From a virus, in IMG/VR virus record IMGVR_UViG_3300023223_001361, positions 1-64,000 of that record: 64,000 bases of DNA. One strand, 5' to 3'. The translations under genes and the position numbers were made by a program. Below, piece after piece: positions 18,273 to 27,536 of this stretch. Every line of letters begins with the position of its first letter. Within the stretch, counting starts at the first letter, position 1. The notes beneath the pieces were generated by a model that did not search any database, had not been told where the DNA came from, and worked only from the letters and a program-made list of their open reading frames with translations.

Positions 18273-19100
18273 ATGTTTGGACATATCTTTTATCATCAAA
18301 CAATGAGAAAGCTCGTTGTCGGTTTTGGATCGTTGTTTAATGACATCACAATTGTTAGGACAGATAGTACTGGTGCCGAAAAAGAGAGAATAAAAGTTCC
18401 TCTTAATTATGGACCTAAAGCTAAATATATTGTTCGCATGAAACAAGATCCAAATCTTCTTAGGGATGTTGCTCTCACTGTTCCGAGGATGTCATTTGAG
18501 ATTCAAAACGTAGAATATGATGGTTCAAGAAAGCTTCAAACTATTACTAGAAATGTAAGAACTAAAGATCAAACCACAAAGTTAGTTCAATTTACACCAG
18601 TTCCTTATAATATTAATTTTGAATTGGGTATTCTTTGTAAGCATCAGGACGATGCTTTGCAAGTGGTAGAACAAATACTTCCATTCTTTACACCAGATTT
18701 TACCTATACGTATTTTGCTATTCCTACTATGGATATTAAGCATGATATTCCCATAGTATTAAACAATGTCTCGCATGAAGATATTTACGATGGAGATTTC
18801 ACAGCAAGAAGAGTTCTTACATGGACTTTATCTTTTACATCGAAAGCATACATATATGGACCAATCAAAGAGGATGGAGTTATTACAAAGATCCAAGTGG
18901 ATCAATTAATTCCGGCTGGAGATGTTGATGATCCAGTTGTTAGATCTGAAACTCCAAGAGTGGCAAGAGAAACTATTACACCTGATCCGCCTACTGCTAC
19001 TGCTGATGATGATTTCGGGTTTATGATTGACTTTGAAGAATTTGATGATGGTTTAAAATATAACCCCGTTTCAGGAGTTGATGAAGATCCACCAATTTAA
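18273..19100 (+). CDS. 15: Tail sheath stabilizer/terminator gp15
   Basis: FYHQTMRKLVVGFGSLFNDI, VPLNYGPKAK, PRMSFE, QVVEQILPFFTP motifs. Confidence 0.93.
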   Translation: MFGHIFYHQTMRKLVVGFGSLFNDITIVRTDSTGAEKERIKVPLNYGPKAKYIVRMKQDPNLLRDVALTVPRMSFEIQNVEYDGSRKLQTITRNVRTKDQTTKLVQFTPVPYNINFELGILCKHQDDALQVVEQILPFFTPDFTYTYFAIPTMDIKHDIPIVLNNVSHEDIYDGDFTARRVLTWTLSFTSKAYIYGPIKEDGVITKIQVDQLIPAGDVDDPVVRSETPRVARETITPDPPTATADDDFGFMIDFEEFDDGLKYNPVSGVDEDPPI

Positions 19101-19102
19101 TT

Positions 19103-19276
19103 ATGATATACCACGTTTATAAATTTACTAATATGATAAACAATAAAGTTTATATAGGCCAAAGTGGTGACATTGCCACTCGATATTCTTCTCCCAAGAA
19201 CATGTATTCCGTAGCAAGTGGAAAGAAAACACATCATAATGGTTGGAAGTGTTGGAAGTATGAAGAAGAAAGATAA
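19103..19276 (+). pseudogene. Internally deleted GIY-YIG homing endonuclease remnant (57 aa)
   Basis: Translates as MIYHVYKFTNMINNKVYIGQSGDIATRYSSPKNMYSVASGKKTHHNGWKCWKYEEER: a GIY-YIG N-terminus fused directly to a NUMOD1/IENR1-like tail; the catalytic Glu/Asn region is missing. Confidence 0.7.
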
Positions 19277-19790
19277 AGAAGAATTACTAGACGAAATTTT
19301 AGCAGATGCACACGAAGATTTGTCATCTGCAAATATTTCTAATATCATTGACTGCCCATCAGAGGATTTTGTCCGCTTACGCCCAAAAAAAGATACAACA
19401 CCAGAAGTTGTAGAGAAAAAAGAATTGATTCCTGGTGATAATGATCTAGAAGATGATGTAAAATATATTCGAGAAAATCTTCATCAAGTAATTGAACAAA
19501 ATCAACAAGCTATCAAAGATCTTTTGGGGTTTGCTCAACAGGGTCAGAGTGCTCGTTCTTATGAAGTTGTAGCAGCATTGATTAAAACTTTAAATGAAAG
19601 TAATAAAGATCTACTAGAACTGTATAGAACAAAGAATAAAATCGAAGAAGGTCCATCAGCTGGAAATGGTCCAGGACCAAAAAGCGTTCATCAAACAGCT
19701 ATTTTTCTTGGTAGTACAAATGATTTAGATGAAATGCTTTCAGATGCTATAAAGAAGATGATTCCGGTCGATGCAACAGTTAAAAAATAA
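19260..19790 (+). CDS. 16: Terminase small subunit gp16
   Basis: D..YIRENL, ARSYEVVAALIK, AIFLGSTNDL motifs; upstream of gp17. Confidence 0.88.
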   Translation: MKKKDKEELLDEILADAHEDLSSANISNIIDCPSEDFVRLRPKKDTTPEVVEKKELIPGDNDLEDDVKYIRENLHQVIEQNQQAIKDLLGFAQQGQSARSYEVVAALIKTLNESNKDLLELYRTKNKIEEGPSAGNGPGPKSVHQTAIFLGSTNDLDEMLSDAIKKMIPVDATVKK

Positions 19791-21489
19791 AAATTATTCT
19801 AAAAAGATAAAAAGATATCTGAACAATGCCAATCTCAAAGCTGAAAACCAACGAATGGAATTCACTGATGAGCAGGTTGCTGAATATCTGAAATGTAAGA
19901 ATGATGTAATTCATTTTATTAGAACTCATGTAAAGATTAGAAATCTTGATAATGACATTATTAATTTCGATCTATATGATTTCCAAGAAGAACTTCTGAA
20001 TATAATTCATTCTAATCGATTTACTATTGTAAAGTTTCCGAGGCAGGTTGGAAAAAGTACTACAATTGTTGCTTACCTTCTTTGGGTTATTCTATTTCAT
20101 CCATTTAATGAGATTGCTATTCTTGCTAACAAAGGTGATAGTGCAAGAGGTATTCTTAATCGCTTGCGCATGGCATATGAATATATTCCTCTATGGATGC
20201 AACAAGGAGTTCTTCAATGGAACAAAGGTTTCATTGAATTAGAAAATAAATCTTCTATTGTCGCGGCTTCCACTAATTCAAGTGCTGGTCGTTCAGGCTC
20301 ATATAATATTGTCATGTTAGATGAGTTTGCATTTATCCCATCAAATATAGCTCATGATTTTTTCAAATCTGTTTTTCCGACTGTATCTTCAGGTATGAAC
20401 TCTAAGGTTATCATAGTTTCAACACCAAATGGAATGAATTTATTTCACAGAAAGTGGATTGATTCTAAAAAAGGCAGAAGTGGTTTTGTTCCTTACGAAG
20501 CTCACTGGTGGGATGTTCCTTGGAGAGACGAAGAATGGAAAGAAAATGAAATTAAAGAACTTGGTGAAGAAGGTTTTCAACAAGAACATGGTGGAGAATT
20601 TCTTGGTGCTACAAATACTCTTATTGCTGCAAGCAAATTAAAAAGTCTTTCTCCTTTATTTGAAGATCCTAAATGGTCGAATGGGGGTTTTGAGATGTAT
20701 GAGGCCCCAACAGAAAAAGGAATTTATATTTTGATTGTTGATCCTTCAGAGGGTCAAGGTTTAGATTATTCAGCTTTTACTGTTATAGATGTCACTGAGA
20801 TGCCGTATAAAGTGGTAGCAAAATATAGAAGTTCTACTATTTCTCCTTTGATTTTTCCTAGTGTTATAGCTGGTGCTGGAGAAAAATATAATCAAGCTCA
20901 TATTTTAGTAGAAGTTAATTTGATCGGAGGAGAGATTGCTAATATTTTACATTATGAATTAGAGTATGAGAATATATTTAAAACGACTAATGCTGGTGGT
21001 AGAGGTGGTCAACAAGTATCTTCTGGTCATACTAACAAATCTAAGTACGGGGTGAAAACGACCGCTTCTGTGAAAAGTATAGGTTGTTCAACTCTAAAAT
21101 CTTTAATAGAAATGGATCAGCTTTTCATCAGTGATTTTGATATTTTGTCTGAATTAACTACCTTTATTGCAAAAGGAAAGAGTTTCCAAGCTGAGCCTGG
21201 ATGTAATGATGACTTAGTTATGACACTTGTTTTATTTTCTTGGTTATCAAATCAGAGCTATTTCAAAGACTTAACTGATTCAAATATTCGATTACGTTTG
21301 ATGAAAGAAGAGAAAAGAAAGGAGGAAGAAGAGATGCTTCCATTTGGTTTCATAGTAAATGCTGCGGAAAGTGAGGTCACAATTGATAAAGATGGGACTG
21401 TTTGGCATGACGCTCCAGACTGGGCAACAGAGGAACAGATAGTAGCAAGAGATTTTTGGAATATATTTAAGAACAATGATGAGTTTTAG
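19771..21489 (+). CDS. 17: Terminase large subunit gp17
   Basis: YLNNANLK, Walker A PRQVGKST, Walker B IVMLDEFAF, STPNG coupling motif, nuclease DPSEG..DYS and DDLVM. Confidence 0.97.
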   Translation: MQQLKNKNYSKKIKRYLNNANLKAENQRMEFTDEQVAEYLKCKNDVIHFIRTHVKIRNLDNDIINFDLYDFQEELLNIIHSNRFTIVKFPRQVGKSTTIVAYLLWVILFHPFNEIAILANKGDSARGILNRLRMAYEYIPLWMQQGVLQWNKGFIELENKSSIVAASTNSSAGRSGSYNIVMLDEFAFIPSNIAHDFFKSVFPTVSSGMNSKVIIVSTPNGMNLFHRKWIDSKKGRSGFVPYEAHWWDVPWRDEEWKENEIKELGEEGFQQEHGGEFLGATNTLIAASKLKSLSPLFEDPKWSNGGFEMYEAPTEKGIYILIVDPSEGQGLDYSAFTVIDVTEMPYKVVAKYRSSTISPLIFPSVIAGAGEKYNQAHILVEVNLIGGEIANILHYELEYENIFKTTNAGGRGGQQVSSGHTNKSKYGVKTTASVKSIGCSTLKSLIEMDQLFISDFDILSELTTFIAKGKSFQAEPGCNDDLVMTLVLFSWLSNQSYFKDLTDSNIRLRLMKEEKRKEEEEMLPFGFIVNAAESEVTIDKDGTVWHDAPDWATEEQIVARDFWNIFKNNDEF

Positions 21490-21511
21490 ACTATTGTAAA
21501 GTCTAGTATTT

Positions 21512-21519
21512 TATAAATA
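21512..21519 (+). promoter_or_regulatory. T4-type late promoter TATAAATA
   Basis: Exact consensus upstream of gp18. Confidence 0.75.
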
Positions 21520-21619
21520 ATATTAGACTAAGTGTAGATTAAGGCTTTGACTGAAGCTCTAAACTGTGCCAGTTTTTGAGATTTTTCAAAATTACTAGAA
21601 ATTTAGAGGAGATAAAAAC

Positions 21620-23722
21620 ATGGGATTCCAGATTTCGCCGGGTGTAAATGTAACCGAGATCGATCTCACCAATATCGTTCCTGCTGTCTCTACGACAGAT
21701 GGCGCTCTTGCTGGAGCTTTCCAATGGGGTCCGGTAGAAGAGATTAAGCTTGTTGCAAATGAAGACATCTTAGTTGAACGCTTTGGTCGACCAGACGATA
21801 ACACATACATAGATTTTTTTACTGCCGCAAACTTTTTAGCATACGGAAACAAACTTCGTCTCGTTCGAGTGATTGATTCTGCTACTGCTGTTAACTCTAG
21901 TGTTTCTGGAGATTCTGACGTTCTTATTAAAAATGAAGATGACTACGATGCAAATTGGTCTGCCGGACCGGGTTCTGCACCTGCTGATGCTGATGAATTT
22001 GCTGGTAAATATCCAGGAACAAGAGTAGAAGGTGTTGAGCTTTCCGTTTGTGGATCTGCTCAAGCTTTTGAACAAGCAAGAACTCTTAGTTCAACTGGTA
22101 CAGCACTACATGAAAGTACAACTCTCGTACCTGGAGATGACTTAGAAGATGTTGTCGAAGTGGGAACTATAGTTTCTGATACGGTTTCTGGAGAAGAAAG
22201 AAGCGTAGCTTCTATCACTGCTGGAACTTCTGAAGCATTAACAACTACTGGAACTGATATTGATGGAACAGCTACAGCTTTTCTAACAACTCTTTCTGTG
22301 GGTATGATGCTAGAATCTGGTGGAGAGCGTAGAGTTGTTGTGGCAATTGCTGATGATACAAACGCAACTCTTGATGCTGCTTTCACGGTTGATGTTTCAC
22401 CTGCTGCTGCACTTCCAACTTTAGTTGTAGTCCTTGCTTCAGCATTTACTGTTGACTTAGCTTCTTCTGCAACTTTGCTTCAGTGGAAACATAAAAGTCT
22501 TTTTGGGATAGCTCCAGGAACTTCCGATTATGTTGCTGCAAGAGGTGGTTCTAATGACGAAATGCATATAGTTCTTATTGATGCTGCTGGAAATGTTACA
22601 GGTCGAGATGGAGAAGTTTTAGAACTTTTCTCATTTATTTCTGCTGCCAGTGATGCCAAATCAGAAGATGGATCTTCACTCTATTATGTGGATGTTCTTA
22701 ATCGACAATCAGAAATTGTCTGGTGGACAGATCATCCTGCCGCTGGTGTCAATTGGGGTTCTGTTGCAAGTGGAACTGCTTTTACTGAGCCAACTACTAC
22801 TATCACTCTTACTCTTACAGGGGGAGTTGATGGAAACTCAATTAGTGATGCTGATAAAATTAATGGATACGATCTTTTCAAGAATACTGAAGAAGTAGAT
22901 GTTTCTTTAGTTCTTGGATCAGATGCTAGTCCTGCTGTAGCTATTCATTTAATCAATAATATTTGTGAATTTAGATTGGATTGCATTGCACTTCTTTCGC
23001 CTGAGTTTGCAGATGTTGTAAACAATGCCGGAGATGAAGTTGATGATATTATCACTTATCGTTCAGCATTACCATCAAGTTCTTTTGGCGTATTAGATAG
23101 CGGCTGGAAGTTTCAATTTGACAAATACAATGATACTATGAGATGGGTTCCCCTTAACGGAGATATTGGTGGTTTAATTGTTCGTACAGATATAACAAGA
23201 GATCCTTGGTGGAGTCCTGCTGGATTGAATAGAGGTCAAATTAAAAATTCTATCAAGCTTGCATTTAATCCTAATAAGGCTGAAAGAGATGATCTATATG
23301 CGAGAAGCGTTAATTCAGTTGTAACTTTTCCGGGTGAAGGAACTGTTCTTTTTGGTGATAAAACATTACTTTCAAAACCAAGTGCTTTTGATCGAATTAA
23401 TGTTCGTCGATTGTTTATTGTTCTTGAAAAAGCGATTGCAACTGCTGCTAAATTCCTACTGTTCGAATTTAATGATGAGTTCACTAGACAGTCATTCAGA
23501 AATTTGGTTGAACCTTTCTTGAGAGATGTTCAAGGTCGTCGTGGGATTTTTGACTTCCGTGTTATTGCTGATGAGACAAATAACACACCAGAAGTAATTG
23601 ATCGAAATGAATTTGTTGGAGATATCTATATTAAACCAGCTCGTTCTATCAACTTCATACAGCTTAATTTCATCGCTGTAAGAACTGGGGTAGAATTTTC
23701 AGAAATTGTCGGTCAGTTCTAA
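21620..23722 (+). CDS. 18: Tail sheath protein gp18
   Basis: SPGVNVTEIDLT, FQWGP, PWWSPAG.NRG, SAFDRINVRRLF, IKPARSINFIQLNF. Confidence 0.97.
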   Translation: MGFQISPGVNVTEIDLTNIVPAVSTTDGALAGAFQWGPVEEIKLVANEDILVERFGRPDDNTYIDFFTAANFLAYGNKLRLVRVIDSATAVNSSVSGDSDVLIKNEDDYDANWSAGPGSAPADADEFAGKYPGTRVEGVELSVCGSAQAFEQARTLSSTGTALHESTTLVPGDDLEDVVEVGTIVSDTVSGEERSVASITAGTSEALTTTGTDIDGTATAFLTTLSVGMMLESGGERRVVVAIADDTNATLDAAFTVDVSPAAALPTLVVVLASAFTVDLASSATLLQWKHKSLFGIAPGTSDYVAARGGSNDEMHIVLIDAAGNVTGRDGEVLELFSFISAASDAKSEDGSSLYYVDVLNRQSEIVWWTDHPAAGVNWGSVASGTAFTEPTTTITLTLTGGVDGNSISDADKINGYDLFKNTEEVDVSLVLGSDASPAVAIHLINNICEFRLDCIALLSPEFADVVNNAGDEVDDIITYRSALPSSSFGVLDSGWKFQFDKYNDTMRWVPLNGDIGGLIVRTDITRDPWWSPAGLNRGQIKNSIKLAFNPNKAERDDLYARSVNSVVTFPGEGTVLFGDKTLLSKPSAFDRINVRRLFIVLEKAIATAAKFLLFEFNDEFTRQSFRNLVEPFLRDVQGRRGIFDFRVIADETNNTPEVIDRNEFVGDIYIKPARSINFIQLNFIAVRTGVEFSEIVGQF

Positions 23723-23728
23723 TAAATA
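23721..23728 (+). promoter_or_regulatory. Putative late promoter AATAAATA
   Basis: Near-consensus directly upstream of gp19. Confidence 0.5.
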
Positions 23729-23761
23729 AGATTGAACTTAATCTAAGAAGGAGATAAAAAT

Positions 23762-24316
23762 ATGGCGTTTAACATAGACGATTTTAGAGCGAATCTAAAT
23801 CTAGGTGGCGCACGTCCAACTCTTTTCGATGTATTGATTACAAATAAAATTGATGGATCAGCAGATCAAAAGATGCAGTTTACTTGTAAAGCTGCTCAAC
23901 TTCCTGCTGCAACACTTGGAACTATTGAAGGTCCATATTTTGGTCGCAAGGTCAAACTTGCTGGAGATAAGACTTTTGCTGAGTGGACGGTTACAGTAAT
24001 TAATGATGAAGATTTTTTGGTAAGAAATGCTATGGAAGCATGGCATCAAGCAATTAACTCTCATTTACCAAATCTTCGGGAAGGTGGAGCCACTTCAGCG
24101 CCCGCCACCTATAAAAGTCAAGCACAGGTTAGACAGTATGGTAAAGATGGAGCACTAATTAAAACTTACAACTTTGATGGTCTTTGGCCTTCAGAAGTTG
24201 GAGCAATTGATGTTTCATGGGAAAGTAATGATACCCTTGAAGAATTTACAGTTACTTTCCAATATGATTTTTGGGAAAGTGGTGCTAATATTGGTGGCGT
24301 TCCAAGAATTCTCTAA
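23762..24316 (+). CDS. 19: Tail tube protein gp19
   Basis: GGARPTLF, CKAAQLP, GRKVKLAGDKTFAEWTVTVIND, EEFTVTFQYD. Confidence 0.96.
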   Translation: MAFNIDDFRANLNLGGARPTLFDVLITNKIDGSADQKMQFTCKAAQLPAATLGTIEGPYFGRKVKLAGDKTFAEWTVTVINDEDFLVRNAMEAWHQAINSHLPNLREGGATSAPATYKSQAQVRQYGKDGALIKTYNFDGLWPSEVGAIDVSWESNDTLEEFTVTFQYDFWESGANIGGVPRIL

Positions 24317-24385
24317 TATCCACAGCTTGAATAAGTGGAGCCTAGATATTAGGTTCCATTTAAAATATACTAATTATGGAGTGGT

Positions 24386-25987
24386 ATGAGATTACTCGAA
24401 AATTTATTTGCGTTTCAAACAACAGCTAAGGATAAAAGCCGAGAAGAAAGAGAAAACGAAAAACGTGCTTCTTTTGCTTTACCTGCTGATGATCCTTCAT
24501 TAATTACCACAGCAGGCTCTTTTGGTGTTCAGTTCTTTGATGCCAATCCATATTTTAGTAATGAATTTCAACTAATCACTCAATATAGAGAAATGGCTTT
24601 ACACGCTGAAACGGATGCTGCAATATCTGATGTTGTAGATGAATCTCTTGTAATGGATTCAATTAATCCCCCGGTTAGTATAAACTTAGAAGAAGTTCCA
24701 CTAAAAGCTGTAATAAAAGAAAAAATAAAAAAGTCTTTTGAGGAAATTCTTATTCTATTGAATTTTAGAAAGCAAGGATATGATATTTACAAAAATTGGT
24801 ATGTTGATGGCAGACTCTACTACCATGTTATTGTTGATACTGATGACGAAAAAAAAGGTATCATTGAATTGAAATATATCGATCCTAGACAAATTCGTAA
24901 AGTCAAAGAAATAGAAAAAACTGTTGATGAAAAGACTGGTGTTCCTTTATTTGTGACTAAAAATGAATTTTTTGTTTACAATGCCGAAGGGATCCAAGTC
25001 GCTCAACCTAAGAATGGTATAGAGATTGATAAAGATGCTATAGCTTTTGTTCATTCAGGTATGTTTGATCAACATCACAAAATGATTATTTCTCATCTTC
25101 ATAAAGCAATTAAACCCTTGAATCAAGTTCGAATGATTGAAGATGCTCAAGTTATTTATCGTATTTCTAGAGCTCCAGAGCGTAGAATCTTTTATATCGA
25201 CGTGGGATCATTACCAAAAGGTAAAGCTGAACAGTATTTACAGTCTATGATGGCTAAATATAAGAACAAGTTAGCCTATAACCCTGATACCGGAGAAGTT
25301 CGAGATAAGAATAGAAGATATCAGACTATGCTTGAAGATTTCTGGCTTCCAAGGAGAGAAGGTAGCCAAGGCACAGAGATACAAACTTTGCCGGCAGGTC
25401 AGAATCTAGGAGAGATTGAGGATATTGAATATTTCCTCAAGAAACTTTATAAAGCTCTTAATGTTCCAGTCAGTAGATTAGAACAGAATAAGGGTTTCAG
25501 TCTTGGAAGAAGTTCTGAAATCCAAAGAGATGAATTGAAGTTTACGAAATTTGTTAATAGACTTAGAACAAGATTTTCTCATTTGTTTGATACACTTTTA
25601 GAGAAACAACTTATTTTAAAGAATATCATTCTTCCCGAGGAATGGGAAACAATAGGTCAAACTGTTAGGTATGAATTTCAAACTGATTCTCAATTTACTG
25701 AGTTGAAAGAGAGTGAAATTTGGACAGAAAGGTTTAATCTTTTGAGTGCTGCACAAGAAGCTATTGATACTGGATATGTTTCTAGACAATGGATCAAAGA
25801 TAACATTTTGAGATTAGCTCCAGAAGAACAGAAAACCATTGATAAAGAGATTAAAACTGAAAGTGGAGAACGAGAAGAATTTCCAACTCCAGCCGAAAGG
25901 GAAACACAAGATGCTGAAAAGCAACCAGTAGATCCTGATAAAATTAATACTGATGACTTTGAAGGAGATAATAATAATGGCTCGTAG
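24386..25987 (+). CDS. 20: Portal vertex protein gp20
   Basis: WYVDGR, HLHKAIKP.NQ.RMIED, RAPERRIFYIDVG.LPK.KAEQY, EDFWLPRREG. Confidence 0.98.
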   Translation: MRLLENLFAFQTTAKDKSREERENEKRASFALPADDPSLITTAGSFGVQFFDANPYFSNEFQLITQYREMALHAETDAAISDVVDESLVMDSINPPVSINLEEVPLKAVIKEKIKKSFEEILILLNFRKQGYDIYKNWYVDGRLYYHVIVDTDDEKKGIIELKYIDPRQIRKVKEIEKTVDEKTGVPLFVTKNEFFVYNAEGIQVAQPKNGIEIDKDAIAFVHSGMFDQHHKMIISHLHKAIKPLNQVRMIEDAQVIYRISRAPERRIFYIDVGSLPKGKAEQYLQSMMAKYKNKLAYNPDTGEVRDKNRRYQTMLEDFWLPRREGSQGTEIQTLPAGQNLGEIEDIEYFLKKLYKALNVPVSRLEQNKGFSLGRSSEIQRDELKFTKFVNRLRTRFSHLFDTLLEKQLILKNIILPEEWETIGQTVRYEFQTDSQFTELKESEIWTERFNLLSAAQEAIDTGYVSRQWIKDNILRLAPEEQKTIDKEIKTESGEREEFPTPAERETQDAEKQPVDPDKINTDDFEGDNNNGS

Positions 25988-26276
25988 AGGTGGTAGAAGA
26001 AATAAAGGCAGAGGAGTTATTCCTTATGCCCCAGCAAGAGAAGTTCTGACTGAACCAGCTCCAGAAGACGCTGTAAATCCTGGCTCGAAAATTGTTTTAG
26101 ATTCAAAAGAATCTGATGGAGTTTTGAGAGAATTGCTTACTGAACCAGCTCCAGGAGATCGTTTAGAAGAGGAGAGAATTGCTGCAATGGTTAATGAAGG
26201 TTCACCAGTAAAGCTCAAGGCTAAACGAAAAAAGAAATACCCAAATAGCAATGAAGGAAAATACGATGTCAGATAA
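25977..26276 (+). CDS. Hypothetical head-region protein with basic termini and duplicated LTEPAP motif
   Basis: AAGGAG RBS before ATG 25977; lies between portal and core genes. Confidence 0.6.
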   Translation: MARRGGRRNKGRGVIPYAPAREVLTEPAPEDAVNPGSKIVLDSKESDGVLRELLTEPAPGDRLEEERIAAMVNEGSPVKLKAKRKKKYPNSNEGKYDVR

Positions 26277-26430
26277 AATTAATGATCTTGTTCAAGCGTG
26301 TCAAAAACAAGAACCAGTATCGGCGAAAGCAGCTTTTACTGATGCTATTAAAGCTAAACTCCAAACTGCATTAGCAGATAAAAAGACCGAAGTAGCTACT
26401 ACGCTTTTAACAAAGTCGAATGAAAAATAA
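26266..26430 (+). CDS. Prohead core protein, gp67-like (54 aa, not in the ORF track)
   Basis: MSDKINDLVQAC...AKAAFTDAIKAKL..AL.DKK.EVA pattern; position after the portal gene; AAGGA RBS. Confidence 0.7.
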   Translation: MSDKINDLVQACQKQEPVSAKAAFTDAIKAKLQTALADKKTEVATTLLTKSNEK

Positions 26431-26800
26431 TATTCTTAGTTTAATTGAATTGGCTGCAAAGAGAAATGTTATTGCTTTTGAACAAGAAGCAAAGAAGACA
26501 CTCAATAGAGTAAAGGAATCAAAATTACAAAAATTTGGCTCCATAATAAAGAAAGAGTTTTTGAATACTAAAGGTTTTAATAAAGATACTTTAAGAAGTA
26601 TTGTTGAAACAAAGAATGCAAGAAGAGTAAGATTTATAGATGGTAGCACAGCTAGAATTGATTTTTTCAGTGCAAATACTTTAGTGAAAATTTATGATGC
26701 TTTGATATCCGAGAATCAAGAGAAAATGATGAAGACTCTTGGTAAAAACGAAGCAGAGTATAAAAAAATACTCAATTTTGCTTTAAGCCATACGGGATAA
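26420..26800 (+). CDS. Prohead core-associated protein (gp68 position)
   Basis: VRF.DG....ID..SA..L..IYD.L..ENQ.K motif seen in head-region genes of T4-like phages; synteny. Confidence 0.55.
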   Translation: MKNNILSLIELAAKRNVIAFEQEAKKTLNRVKESKLQKFGSIIKKEFLNTKGFNKDTLRSIVETKNARRVRFIDGSTARIDFFSANTLVKIYDALISENQEKMMKTLGKNEAEYKKILNFALSHTG

Positions 26801-26807
26801 ACGACAA

Positions 26808-27464
26808 ATGAAATTAATTGTAGAAACTATAGATGATGTAGAATTTATCAGTGAAGGAACTGGTGAAGGTAAGCAATTTTTTATTGAAGGTATCTTTATG
26901 CAAGCTGATATTACCAATAGAAATGGCAGAAGATATCCAATGGGTATTTTAGAGAATGAGGTTAATAGATACGTTAGGGAAAAGATCAAAACTGGTAGAG
27001 CCTTTGGTGAACTAGGTCATCCAGAGGGACCACAAATTAATCTTGATAGAGCTTCCCATATTATTGTAGATCTTCATCGAGAAGGGAATGATTTTATTGG
27101 GAAAGCAAAAATTATGAATACTCCGATGGGAAATATTGCTCGTAATATTATGGAGAGTGGTGGAAAATTAGGAGTTTCTTCAAGAGGTATGGGTTCTTTG
27201 AGAGCTAGTGGTGGTGTAAATGAAGTTCAAAAAGATTTTCATCTAGCTACTGCTGCTGATATAGTAGCTGATCCATCAGCGCCTAAAGCATTTGTTAATG
27301 GAATACTTGAAGGAAAAGAATGGGTTATAGTAGATGGTAAGATTAAAGAACAGACCATTGAAGAATATAAAAAACAGTTTAATAATTGTAAAATGAATGA
27401 ATTCGAGAGTTTAATGATAACATTATTCGAAGATTATTTGAAAAAAGTTGACTTAAAATTATAA
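26808..27464 (+). CDS. 21: Prohead protease gp21
   Basis: IEGIFMQA..NRNGR.Y, GELGHP, GVSSRGMGSL, DIVADPSAP.AFV. Confidence 0.97.
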   Translation: MKLIVETIDDVEFISEGTGEGKQFFIEGIFMQADITNRNGRRYPMGILENEVNRYVREKIKTGRAFGELGHPEGPQINLDRASHIIVDLHREGNDFIGKAKIMNTPMGNIARNIMESGGKLGVSSRGMGSLRASGGVNEVQKDFHLATAADIVADPSAPKAFVNGILEGKEWVIVDGKIKEQTIEEYKKQFNNCKMNEFESLMITLFEDYLKKVDLKL

Positions 27465-27468
27465 AATT

Positions 27469-27476
27469 CATAAATA
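27469..27476 (+). promoter_or_regulatory. Putative late promoter CATAAATA
   Basis: Near-consensus upstream of gp22. Confidence 0.55.
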
Positions 27477-27536
27477 TATTAGATTAAAGAGTTTTCAATT
27501 GAGCTTCCAGTTTTAATGACTATAGGAGAGTAACAG

